Shown: positions 44,101-55,211 of the stretch, piece by piece
Layout: the number at the start of each line of letters is the position of its first letter
Numbering within the stretch: the first letter of the stretch is position 1
Assembly (NCBI GenBank): GCA_000091205.1
Contig: AP006490.2
DNA length: 64,000 bases
From: Cyanidioschyzon merolae
Taxonomy: Eukaryota
Direction: 5' to 3' (one strand)
Notes under the pieces: generated by a model
Database searches by the model: none
What the model saw: only the letters and a program-made list of their open reading frames with translations
Told to the model about the DNA's origin: nothing
Translations under genes and position numbers: made by a program

Positions 44101-44498
44101 TTCAATGCCATCAGCAGCGCCTCTAAGCAGCCACACCGAGAACACGACCGAGACTCCCGGAACGACGTATGAATCCGTAAGCCCATGGTGCTGCACTTTG
44201 ATGTCGAGCATCTATATTTTGAACAAGATCGAAAAAGTTTGAAATGATGGAACAGAACGAACAAGACAGTACCCTAAATTTACCGTACACGGATGTGCAA
44301 CACTCCTGCACCATGCGTGTGACGCCACGCAACGCCACGCGTGGCTACGCTACCCGCGACGCGCCAGCGAGGTTGCACGTGCTGTTGCAGCGGGCGCTTG
44401 CGTTGAGCGCGTTTCCCTCTTTTTCTTCAGCCGTTACTCTGCAAGTTTCTGTTCCGTGAACGTTTCCTTTTGAATCATTGGGCACTCTTGCGTTCGCC

Positions 44499-45998
44499 AT
44501 GGACGGATTGTGGGCACGGAAGGACGGCGGAAACGGTCTTGTGGACGAGCAGGGACTCCGTGCACCACTCTCGGGTGGACTCGGTTGGGAGTCCAGGATG
44601 CGTTCCCGCTGGAATGACTGGCTGCGCAAGCTCGACGTTTACCCCAAGACTGTCGAGGACGTGCGCTTACGTTCTGTGACAGGAGGCATCATCGCTTTAT
44701 TTTCGTACATTTGCATCGGTATTCTGGTCGTTTCAGAGTTTCTGCGGTGGTTGCAGCCCCAGCTCCACTCTAACGTGCTCGTGGACGCGCGCTCGATTCT
44801 CGATACCGAGCCAATCACGGTAGATCTGGGCATAGATCTCCTCGCTGTCGGTTGTGACGAGTTTAGCCTTGACGCGCTCACTGCGAACGGCGCGCAGCTC
44901 CCCAACAGTGTTGTGGAGCTGCGTAAACGCCCATTGGATGCGAGCGGTCAACCTGTGATATTTCCCCGAGGTGCATTCGGACGCAGTCGTCTGCGGAACG
45001 AGCGAGGTGGCGTAGCGCCAGCACCTCAGGCGCTAACGGAAGACCCGCCAAACACACAGCAACTCGAAGGGCGAGTATCCCAGGAAGTACGCGCGCAACT
45101 GAAACAGTATCGCGAAGAGGCGATAGCTTTCCGTGATCGCCTTGCAGCGTTGAACAAGACCGGTGTTGCGTATTGTGGCTCCTGTTATGGTGCTGTGCCT
45201 CAAACAGATCAAGTCGGGGAGGCGAATCAAATAACGTCCGGAGTATGCTGCAACACCTGTGATGAAATTCGCGTCCTGTACGAGGAACGGAACTGGGCAT
45301 TCGATCAAGTGCTTCGAACGGCGGAGCAGTGTGCTGAAAAACGCTACTTGACGCTGCTTCACGAAGCCGGTCGTGTTCAGTCTGGTGGCTGTCGAGTGTC
45401 CGCACGTTTACAGCTACCACGGGTGGCGGGCAACTTTCACTTTGCTCCGGGCAAGGGCCATACGCACCGTATGGGCCATCATGTTCATTCGGTAGATGAT
45501 CAGTTGCTCCACCGCACCTATAATTTCTCGCACCGTATTCGGCATTTGCGGTTTGGTCCGCTGTTCCCGCACCAGCAGAATCCACTTGACGGCGCGATGC
45601 GGATTCTGGAGCAACCGCCGCCGGGGTCACCTTTTGGCAACATGGTGCTGTATTATTGCAAGCTTATACCGACAACATACCGTCGAGACCGCCAGCGCGG
45701 CGACGCACTTCGATCGATGGAGTACGCAGCCGCAGACCTGACACAATCATCGGAACAGGATCGGGTGGGAATCACGCATAGTACGGGTGCATTGCCAGGA
45801 ATATTCTTTTTTTACGAACCTCAGCCTTTGCAAATCGCGTACTTTGAAGGTCGGATGTACGGTTTGCTGCATTTCATCGTCCAGCTATGTGCCATTGTTG
45901 GAGGCGTTTTTACCGTAAGCAGTATGATCGATCGTTTTGTATTTGGGGCGGGAACCTTCATTCGGGCGCAGAAGCGCCGGCTCGGCAAGCTTGGGTAA
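44499..45998 (+). CDS. ERGIC3: ERGIC3/Erv46-family ER-Golgi intermediate compartment protein
   Basis: ORF 44478..45998 (TTG; first ATG 44499). N-terminal LRKLDVYPKTVEDVRLRSVTGGIIALFSYICIGILVVSEF (ERGIC_N plus TM); lumenal Cys-rich domain (YCGSCYGAVP...CCNTCDEIR); a C-terminal TM and FGAGTFIRAQKRRLGKLG tail. Confidence 0.8.
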   Translation: MDGLWARKDGGNGLVDEQGLRAPLSGGLGWESRMRSRWNDWLRKLDVYPKTVEDVRLRSVTGGIIALFSYICIGILVVSEFLRWLQPQLHSNVLVDARSILDTEPITVDLGIDLLAVGCDEFSLDALTANGAQLPNSVVELRKRPLDASGQPVIFPRGAFGRSRLRNERGGVAPAPQALTEDPPNTQQLEGRVSQEVRAQLKQYREEAIAFRDRLAALNKTGVAYCGSCYGAVPQTDQVGEANQITSGVCCNTCDEIRVLYEERNWAFDQVLRTAEQCAEKRYLTLLHEAGRVQSGGCRVSARLQLPRVAGNFHFAPGKGHTHRMGHHVHSVDDQLLHRTYNFSHRIRHLRFGPLFPHQQNPLDGAMRILEQPPPGSPFGNMVLYYCKLIPTTYRRDRQRGDALRSMEYAAADLTQSSEQDRVGITHSTGALPGIFFFYEPQPLQIAYFEGRMYGLLHFIVQLCAIVGGVFTVSSMIDRFVFGAGTFIRAQKRRLGKLG

Positions 45999-46000
45999 TA

Positions 46001-47074
46001 TACTCAGTAGTATCGAAGCATGGAACACCGCAATGTTTGACCATTTGCCCAGAAAAATCGTTGTCTATGGAGGTGTGTATGGCGCTCCAGCCTTGATGCG
46101 TTGCAGACCCGTACCACACCAGTGCGTTTTCCTCCTCGCTACTGATTGTTTTCATCGAAAGTGTGCGGCTTTTCAGCGCAATGTCTACGGTGACTAGAAA
46201 GCGATTCCGTCGGATATTCGCGGCGTGCAAAGCCGCCGGACGCTGCGGCAGCAAGAGACATTTCCCGATCTCGGACGAGTCGCTCAAGTCTCTATTCGGA
46301 ACTCGCCTGCAAGCGCTGGTGCTGGTGGAATTATGCCCTAGCAAGCCTCTGACTTTCGCTTGCCTCGCCATCTGGCGTGCAGTCAACTTGCCCTACACCG
46401 TCTCTTGTGTCCGGGTGTGTTTCACGCTCTGCGACTCTGCTAGGCTCACGGAGCGCTCTTGCTTGTGATGCGTTGATCTAGTGCGGGACGCATCGACGGG
46501 CGTCGTGCAGCATCGATTGCTGAACGCGTTGTACGCTGACGTCGAATGAGCGGGAGTGCACCCTCTGGGAGCTGCGGTGCGTCGATTGCCGCAGACTACC
46601 ACGAGACGAGGCGACGCATCGGTCATGACCTGGTCCAGTGGCTCGAGCGAGCAGGCGAAAGCACGTGTCGTGCATCCGTACAACCGAGACGATTGGCAAT
46701 GCCGTCGCTGCCTCATGTACGCCAGCCAGGGATTGTCAATGGCAGCTATATCGACTGTCTTGTGATCTCTGCGTGAAAGACGCATACGAAGCGTTCCAGC
46801 GTGTTTGCTACGGTGCTTCGAGCATCAGGATAGGTTCTGAGGCTGTCACTACATTTCATCGTATGCCTGCTTGCAACCATCATACCCGAATGCGGATCAC
46901 ACCGAGCGGTGGAAAATTCTGAACAGCATCCTTTGCTTTCCGTACAAGTGTTTGGCGGCGGCTTATTGATTTAAGGGTTCAGCGACGGTCATGATGTTCT
47001 TAAACCTGGGATACACGCGCACCACCAAAGCTCTTTCAGCATCTACCATCATCGGTTGAAAATGAATCCGGATG
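46001..47074 (+). repeat. dispersed repeat family R1, copy 3 (full length); begins 3 bp after the ERGIC3 stop codon
   Basis: Near-identical to copy 2 over about 1.07 kb. Its 5' end lies immediately 3' of the ERGIC3 TAA (45996-45998), i.e. inside the presumptive 3' UTR. Confidence 0.85.
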
Positions 47075-48971
47075 TTCGATTTGGTACTTTTTCGCACCTG
47101 TGCGGTCGATGCTCCTCGCGACGAGGCAACGCGGCGACGCTTTGCGGCATTCGGGGAAGCGTGTCTGCAATTCTGTGAACCTAGGATCCGGCCGTGTCAC
47201 ATCTTCTGTCATGAGTATCGGATGTGATGTCCCGTGGAGGTATCATCGCAGAATTTCAGACGACTACGGACAACTGGCACCTTTTGCGCCTACAACTCCT
47301 GCGAATAATTGCTTGACGAGGTGCGTCGAAACGAGGTGCGCTAGGCAAGCCCTGAACGAGTAGCAAGCCACGTGATCTCCAGTGGCGTCCAGAATGTTTC
47401 CCGTTCGCGAACCAGAACCGCATTTCTATGGATCGATCAGCGTCGAATGGCGATCGATAACAAAGAGAACGCCTTTCACGGCGCCGAACCTGGAGCATAG
47501 GTTGGTACGAAATGCAGCGCAACGCTGATTTCACGTACGAACTCGCTGAGCGTTTTTGCGTGATGCACAGTGACCTTTTCAAAGGGCAGGAGAGAAGCGT
47601 ATGTGAGATTGAAGGCATAAAAAGTGCTTTGACGAGGCAGGAGCTGTTGAATGCTGGCGCCTATTCGGCGATTTGTCGCCCATAAAACCATGCCATCGAC
47701 GCTGGTGCTGTTGTTGCCGGTACGCCCCCTTGTCTCTGTTTTATGATGTGCGGTTCGCCGCTCTTCGCATGCCCATATACATGTCTACCAGCTCCCGCGA
47801 ATAAAACCCCATCGAGTGAGACGAGCACCCGTACCTTCGATAACCATAAGCATTTGTTATCCGTTCCGCAAGCGACAATGTGCAGGTCAACGCGGAACGG
47901 TGCCCTACCGAACCGCATCTCTGCTGTTGTCCGTCCGTGTCTCTTCATAGGTGTTGATTTCAATTGTATTGAAACTTCATTTGCTGGGGCTCCTCTCGTC
48001 GTTTTGCTTTCAGAATACATGGATGCGCATGGTTAGACGAGGACAGAATCGTATAGACCTAGTTTGTACATTTTCGTTTCGGGTGCATATTGTTCAGGAT
48101 ACGAACCACGAGAAGCGTGGTTCATCCACCTTCTCACCATACAATGACTGCGTTGTGAGTATGCGCTGGTAGAGCCCGCGTTGCAGCTCGGGACCCCTGT
48201 GCTGAAGCGCAATTCCCTTTTCAGCAGGCGCTGCATACGGTCAGTATAAAAAGTCCCATGACTGTGGAGGATATGTTAATACACCCACTAGCAGACGACT
48301 CCCAGTCTTTTTTCACCAGCCGTCTGGTATCGGTTTCAGTTTCTCCCTGCACACTTCGACCCTGCGATGGTGCTTCACAAAAATCTCTCGCCTCAGCTCC
48401 GCATACCGTCTGATACGAATGGCGGCGTTGAGGTCTCGGTGCTCGAACCTCTTGCATGCGTCGACGCTGGTTGAACTCACTATTGCAAGGATTCCTGGAA
48501 TTCGCGCCCGATGTACCACTACAGCGTCGTCACCCTCCCGTCGGGAAAGCACCTTTTCTCTCTTATCTCCCGTCTTTCTCCTCTTCATCATCACTTGCTC
48601 CTCTCCGCTCGGTTACCGGTGAGAGCAGATTTCTTTTCGTTCTTTTTCGGCAGCCGGCGGCACTTGCCCCGCCCGGATCCTCGACTTGCATTTCCTTGCC
48701 AGTTCTTTCGATATTTTATTTCTTGAAATAAACGCGTTTCTTTACGCCCTTACGAGAAGACCTTCCCAGGGAGAGAGGGATCTGTGGATCAAAGGCGAAA
48801 TATGCCCCTGGTTTGTCTCCGTGGTCTGAGCGCTTCAACGATTCGCACAGCGGGGCGTTCATTACGTTTCGGGATGCAAAACGCTCCATCGATGGGGTCG
48901 GACAACGCAACGTACCCAGGAATGAAAAGCAGCTCGACGTCTATAGAATCGGGGAAACAGCGAACGCAAGG

Positions 48972-49409
48972 GTAATGGTGAGATACCACGTTGTCCACTG
49001 GAGGGACGTCATCAGACGCCAGAGCAAAGTCCTCAATGGTTCGGCAATGTGGTTGTTGCTGTTGGACGAACCCTCTCTACGAGCGACACTGAGGCGGCCA
49101 AATGAACCCACTACTGCCAGAACAGATGCTAAGGTCGTTGTTCTCTTCGAGCTCGATTGTATATACAACGAGCTCTCCGCTCCGCCAATGCCCATATACG
49201 TTCCCAACGGTTCGTCCGAAGCAACTCTCATCGGCTGGAAAAGCAAACCGACGTTCCTGCGCCTCATAGAGATTGTGACGTCCCTTGAATCCTTGTCGTT
49301 GCGATTTCGGTGGAAGATGGCCGTGCGTGAACAAGCACTGTTTTGTGCCAGTATCCTAGTGTTTAGCGGACCACCCGAGCAAGCAGTCGAATTCCAGAGA
49401 CCCGTGTGA
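48972..49409 (+). CDS. hypothetical protein (weak call)
   Basis: ORF 48813..49409 (TTG; first ATG 48972). Non-repetitive sequence (VVLFELDCIYNELSAPPMPIYVPNGSSEATLIGW) but no family recognised. An overlapping out-of-frame ORF exists. Confidence 0.2.
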   Translation, partial: VMVRYHVVHWRDVIRRQSKVLNGSAMWLLLLDEPSLRATLRRPNEPTTARTDAKVVVLFELDCIYNELSAPPMPIYVPNGSSEATLIGWKSKPTFLRLIEIVTSLESLSLRFRWKMAVREQALFCASILVFSGPPEQAVEFQRPV

Positions 49410-50682
49410 TGGCTGTCATCGTCGCTTTTGCTTTCCGAAAAGTGATCAATGGGTCGTTTTCTAGCATTTGCCGCAAGCACTCTTTGAGAATACCGGTTTC
49501 TGGTGCGGATCGCATATATTTGTTTCTTTCAGTGTTCCTCAACCATCAGACGACTATGGTGTGACTAACCTGAAGGAGGAATGCAGCCATCCTTGCACTG
49601 TTCAGTAAAGATTCTATCCTACGGGCAACACGTCCACGCTCTGTACGGTACATTCCACTGGCATTTCGACCTCCTACTATACACCACTGCTGGTGTGGTA
49701 CAAAACTGAGTTCAAAGACCATAAGCGCCACAGTACAATGAGGCAACGCGAGGGATCGGGAACTGCGTTCCCGGCGCGTGGATCATTATTCTAAGTTCGC
49801 TTACGTTTCGAATGGCTGACGAGTATGGACGCTCTCGTAAACACTTTGGTCATTTCGGATACTCCGCAAGCAATCAAGGGAGAGCTCTATCGATGTTGTC
49901 CAACTTTTACGGTAACGAGTAACACCCCGATCAGGATGACGCTTCACTTGCTAGCGGTTGCAAATGGGTCCACGACGTCGCTACCAGAGCGGACCTCAAT
50001 GATTTTCTGGCTCGCCGGCGCGCCAGAAACGTTGGAACAACGTATGCTCAGTAATGCACCGCCGCGCATGCGTATTCTTGCTGGTAGGTGCTTCAGGCAT
50101 GGCGGTTCCGATCATGTTCGCCCGAGCTGTGACGCAAGCGCGTGCTCCTGATGCGGTAAATCTTCGGTCCATGAATCTATCCGGGATCAACAGATGTGTC
50201 GTGAAACGCTCTTCGGTAGCGAGGCCGGACCCAGCGAAGCATGCCGAGCGCCCAGGACGCTCTACTTGTCCAGACCAGTGCGGCCGCTGTTCCGCGGTTT
50301 GGATGTGAGAGCCCGGCCGGATCTTCCCCGCACAGCAGACAATCCATTCAGATCCACAGACGGTTTCGTGTAAGCACCGTGCGACGCGTGGAGCAGGCGA
50401 AAGCTCCCATCGACACCGATTCGTGGGTTGATCGTTGCGACGACGGCTCGTTTTTCAGAACGTCTGCTTGAGCGATCAGGCGAGAAGTGTCAGGGTCGGT
50501 GAGACGTGGTCTCGATCACGCTGAGGTCCCATACGCAGCGCATAGCATCTATTCCTGAATCCATCATCACATTACGGGGCATCGTCGCAGAGCTATAGGC
50601 ACCACGGTTCCGAGTTCAACACACATCTCTAAGCGTGCATAACAGGATCAATCCCAACAATACAGCGCACCTCTGCCAACTT

Positions 50683-51777
50683 CTAAGCTCCAGGGTTCAC
50701 GGAACTCGCGGCATTTGCGCGATCACCGCTGGGACGTGCCCATTCGACGGAGAGAATTAAGTGATCGTAACCGAAACCATTCAGTTTGGCGATGCAACGT
50801 TCCGCTGCTGAGCGTTCCGCGAACGCTGCGAACGCGAAACCCTTCGGCGCGCCGGTGTACTTATCGCGTGCCAGATAGATGCGCACAACTCGCCCAAATG
50901 GCTCAAGCAGCTGCCGCAAGTCATCTTCTGTGGCACCCTCCGTCAAGTTACTGATGCGGATGGAGTTTTCCTCGCGACGTCCATAGAGGGAATCTCCCTC
51001 ACGCAATCGCGCCGATGCTCCTGACCGCATCGATGGCGGCACATATCGAGTTGCACCGCTGCTCGTGGCACTCGCCGCCATGCTGCCGCCCGACCCTGCG
51101 CTGGGAGCCCCAACTGCCCCAGTCGCGCCGAGTATGCCATCTGGAGCTGTTGAGGCGGCGCTACCAGGAAGACCGAGTCCATCGGCGGCCCCTTGTAAGC
51201 CCTTATAGGGGCAACGAAGTGTCCAGTGATCACCAACGCGCCCACATATACGGCAAACTACAATAGACTTGTTGGTCATGAGGTCTTCGCCACTACCGCT
51301 TCCGCCGCCGCCGCCGCCGCTCGCCGAAGACGGTGCCGCACCCAAACTTGGCACCGCCTCGCCACTTTCCTCGTCATCGCTGACCTCGGTGTTACGCGTG
51401 TTCCACTCGATGGGAATGTCTTCGTTTGCCTGTGTGGTGGTGTTTGCGTTCTCGGTAGCGGCGACCCCAAACTTGCGCCAGCAGCGCCGCCGCTCTGCAA
51501 CTGCAGCGCACACCCGCCGTCGCTCAAGACGACGACGAACGCGCCGAGTCCGCTGAACAACGTATCCTTCGTCGTTGACGTAGTAATCCACGATCGTAAC
51601 AATGCCGTCTGCGTCGGGTTCGCTCACTCGTGGCGGTGGTAGGCCACCGCCGCCCTTATCGAGTTGCGTGGTAAGCGCGCGCCCCAGGGACGCGACCGCA
51701 TCGGGAGAGTCGTTTTCGGTCTCATCCCAAGCGTCCTCTGACGTCGTTGGCTCAACAGTTGCAACGCGTAAGCTCAT
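50683..51777 (-). CDS. EIF3G: eukaryotic translation initiation factor 3 subunit G (eIF3g)
   Basis: ATG codon 51775-51777. Zn-knuckle-like IVVCRICGRVGDHWTLRCPYK and C-terminal RRM SIRISNLTEGATEDDLRQLLEPFGRVVRIYLARDKYTGAPKGFAFAAFAERSAAERCIAKLNGFGYDHLILSVEWA, with the domain order typical of eIF3g. Confidence 0.85.
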   Translation of the reverse strand: MSLRVATVEPTTSEDAWDETENDSPDAVASLGRALTTQLDKGGGGLPPPRVSEPDADGIVTIVDYYVNDEGYVVQRTRRVRRRLERRRVCAAVAERRRCWRKFGVAATENANTTTQANEDIPIEWNTRNTEVSDDEESGEAVPSLGAAPSSASGGGGGGSGSGEDLMTNKSIVVCRICGRVGDHWTLRCPYKGLQGAADGLGLPGSAASTAPDGILGATGAVGAPSAGSGGSMAASATSSGATRYVPPSMRSGASARLREGDSLYGRREENSIRISNLTEGATEDDLRQLLEPFGRVVRIYLARDKYTGAPKGFAFAAFAERSAAERCIAKLNGFGYDHLILSVEWARPSGDRANAASSVNPGA

Positions 51778-52916
51778 CTGGGGAGTTCCTCGCGTCTGTC
51801 CGCGGCGAAAAATACCAGGCGTGCACGCCGTAAGCTAAGCGCTAGCAGGTACGCTTGCAAGCGGCGGATGCGCGTGTCGCGGCGTGGCTGCCGGTGATTT
51901 TCTTTCGATGGAAAAATATCTCTATGAACCATGGATCCCAGATTGCGTGATGGATATTTGCATACGGGAATGTTTCGTTTATGCTGCTATCTACCTTCAA
52001 GTTCCATTACCTATACTTCCTCTCGGATGTGCTGGTCGTTTCGTACGTTCTATCGTGCGCCCAGTACCTGCCTTGAGCGCTCACAATAACGCCTATAGCG
52101 CAAGTGCGGATGCTGCTCAGAGACAGAACGGGTTTGTCATGCCCGTTTGGGCGTCGGATGCAGGTCAGGATATGGACCTGTTTCCATGACAAGTGCAGCT
52201 GCCTTCTCGTGGCATTATCGCAGGAACGGAGAATCTCCCGTACACATCCCGATGCGAATGATTTCCATCGTGCACTGCCGCTGCAGATTAAACGTGTCAA
52301 CGAAAGCGCGAACATTTGCTTCAACTCCTCAAACGTTGCACCAGTGAAAGACCGAGCCTGCTTATCACACATGCAATGGAAACCGGGCTGGCTCTGTCAA
52401 ACAGATATGAGCTTCGCCCGCTGTACCTCTTTGCGAACAAAATGGAAGGGGCGCCCACCGAACGAACTCGGGCATACATACTCAAGTTTGGGTCTCTTCC
52501 CCATGCCATCAACACCAGCAAATTCGGGCGTTTTCTCCGACTGCTCTCTTTGCCCCTCTTATCTCCGTCTCTGAAGATGCACATCCCTACGGTGCCTCTG
52601 GCTCTGTTGTCAGCAGTCGAAGGATGTTGATGGCAGCGTTCAGGTGCCAATTTCGCCGCTCGCGGCTGGTGTCGACGCGTCTGATCCGCCGATGGAAGTT
52701 GCGAACTACACGTCATTTGCCACTTTCAGCTTCGTTACATAGAGCCTCGGTGCGCATTTCGCAGCGGTGACACTTGGATGTGGTCGGTTGTTCCTATGGG
52801 TCCACGGTGCCTCCTGTTTCTCCGTAGGTCGCTATGTGTCCCGTGAACGCTTGCTTCGTCGATTGGTATATGCCCTTGACGTCTACCCAGGGCTCTGGTT
52901 GATGTTAAATCCGCTT

Positions 52917-53803
52917 CTGCACCTGGTGCCGATGCTACGGACCCTGGCTTCTTCTGGGCCACTTGGTCGGCGATTACGCTGTCCGCTGCACATGGGGGCA
53001 CACGCTGATCCGCTCAACAGAGGATCTGTGGAACGCGATGCTGTCCATTATGAAACAGGTGCCGGAAAGAGACCCCAGCCAGGAGCTCAAGCCGCAAAGT
53101 ATCGATCCGTCTATGCATCCTCCGTGCATAGCGATTGCGCACGCTCTACTGGAGGCGGTCGCTGCGAGGACTGAATTCCGAGTCCGAGACCTTTTCTCCA
53201 TCCACACAATAGAGACGGGAGCCTCTGCGAGTATATCCGATGAGAGGAACCGCGCTGCTGGTGTCGAATGCAACAATGTCGATGACCGCAAGCAGAGTAG
53301 GATATGTCTCCAGAACGGAATCGAATATTCGACGTGAGAAGCTACGGGATATGTCTGCAGAAGCTTGTGCCGTCGTCGCCACGGGAGGACGCCAAGTTGT
53401 TTGCGCTGGAAATCTGGCGGCGCGCGTTGCCGCACTCCACGGATTGCCCTGAAACAGAACGATCGAGGCTTTGAAGAATGCGTGATTCTCGTAAACTAGA
53501 CGTAGGAGAAAGGAGTGGCGTAGAGGCTTCTGGGTGTCATCTGGATCCTGATATCTGGTATTTCACGCGACCTTGTTTGATGGCGTCGCGAAACATCTTG
53601 ATTCCGGTGACGTTACCAAATCCAGCGGCCAAGCGTGGAAGGAGCCACTCGGAAAACACGACCTAAAATCCTTAAACTACCTACGAATTCGTACATCCTT
53701 ATCGGTTCACTTGGAATATCGAGGCTGTACCAATAAAAAATTTCGGAAAAGAATCGAACTGCAAGAACAGAGTGAGCAATGTAGCGTTCCATTTCAATCT
53801 GAC
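52917..53803 (+). repeat. left arm of a large inverted repeat (R2 family member); about 98% identical to the reverse complement of 55212-56096
   Basis: Identity runs from ctgcacctggtgccgatgcta... to ...ccatttcaatctgac. ORF-track peptides in the two arms are near-identical on opposite strands (MRDSRKLDVGERSG... at 53478+ vs 55348-; the 124-aa ORF at 52963+ vs 55677- differs at 4 residues). A weaker similarity to R2 copy B extends outward to about 52715. Confidence 0.9.
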
Positions 53804-54283
53804 ATAGATATATCGTCCCAGGCGCCGAGCACTACGAGAGCGATGCAATCGAAGGCTGCTCACGGGCACGCGATCCATCGTATCCCTCAGATTTCGACTC
53901 GATGCAAGGCATCTCAGCGTGAACAACAGCGCCCGTGCCTCGGGGGCGCTGTTTCCGATCGGCGTGATGCGCACCACGATTTTGGGAGCGCCGCCCCAAA
54001 AGAAGTTGCAAACGCCGCCACCAACATCGGGATTGGGGCGAGCGCCGTCGCAGGAACACCACAAATGCGCCTCTGCGCGCATTTCACCATCATCTAGATC
54101 GCCAGATTTGGATGCTTTACTAAACCGGAGATCAGAGCATAGACACCGAAGCGCAGTGGACATGATCGTAATAAATAAATCTGCATTGTCGCTTTCCGCA
54201 GAGAAAACGAACAAGCTTCTCAGCGTCACCACGCGGTCTTCATTGCGCAAACGAACGTAACGAGCCTCGTGTATAAAGTAGAA

Positions 54284-54955
54284 ATGGCGGTCTCCAGGGT
54301 GCTTATTGTGGCTTGCCTGACCTTTCTAGCAGCGTTTGCATCGCTTGCTCAGGCATATGAATACAAGCAGCAGTGCCAGGTAGAGCAGGTGTGTGCGCAA
54401 TATGTGAACCAATGCCAGCAGTATGAGAATGTATGCCTTCAGCCATATCAGAAGTGCAAGCAGTACGAGCAGATTTGCGTGCAGCAGCAGCAGCAGTGCA
54501 AGAACTATCAGACTGTGGAGAAGCCAGTGAAGGTCTGTGTCCAATACGAGAAGGAATGCATCCAGTTTGCATACAAGGAGCAGTGCAAGCAGCAGGAGCA
54601 GGTGGTTCAGCAGCAGTACTGGTATCGTCGCTGGTACAAGCAGGAAGTGCCGGTGAAGCAGGTGTGTCAGAAGCAGCAGTACTGCGTCCAGTATCAGGAG
54701 AACAAAAACAAATGTGCGCAATATGGAACACAGTACCAGAAGATTCAGGAGTGCGTGCAGTACGAGAACCAATGCGTCCAATATGGACAAGGCAAGTGTC
54801 TTCAGTATGAACAGGCTTGTCAGCAGTACGGGCAGAAGTGCGCGAACTATCAGCAAGTGTGCAAACAGTACCAAAAGGTGCTCGTCTGCAAGAAATATCA
54901 GCAGGAATACAAGAAGCAGTATCAGCAGCAGTACTACGCGCAGGGATACTACTGA
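54284..54955 (+). CDS. secreted Gln/Cys/Tyr/Lys-rich periodic repeat protein (about 13 C-x-[Q/N]-Y units, 20 Cys), no recognisable homologue; candidate extracellular structural/cross-linked matrix protein
   Basis: ORF 54269..54955 (GTG at 54269; first ATG 54284). MAVSRVLIVACLTFLAAFASLAQA is a textbook signal peptide. Mature part: YEYKQQCQVEQVCAQYVNQCQQYENVCLQPYQKCKQYEQICVQ...CVQYENQCVQYGQGKCLQYEQACQQYGQKCANYQQVCKQYQKVLVCKKYQQEYKKQYQQQYYAQGYY. The gene sits alone in the 1.4-kb spacer between two 0.89-kb inverted repeats. Confidence 0.6.
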   Translation: MAVSRVLIVACLTFLAAFASLAQAYEYKQQCQVEQVCAQYVNQCQQYENVCLQPYQKCKQYEQICVQQQQQCKNYQTVEKPVKVCVQYEKECIQFAYKEQCKQQEQVVQQQYWYRRWYKQEVPVKQVCQKQQYCVQYQENKNKCAQYGTQYQKIQECVQYENQCVQYGQGKCLQYEQACQQYGQKCANYQQVCKQYQKVLVCKKYQQEYKKQYQQQYYAQGYY

Positions 54956-55211
54956 AGGAGCTTTGCGATGGACGTGGTGGCTGGTCATCTCTATGTGAGC
55001 GGACAGAGGACAGAGTCCGCGGAGTGACGTGGGAGTGCTAATGGACAGTATATCTGATGGAAGTGTACAAGGACGTTCATTGTAGTGCCTTGAACAATTA
55101 TAAATTCTGAATTTCGTCATCATTTCAAAGCGCCCTTGTCTGAGTTGCCATCTGCTGCCCTGGCCCGTGGATTGTCGCATCGCTTTCATGGCGCGTCTGC
55201 TTCTCTGTGAC

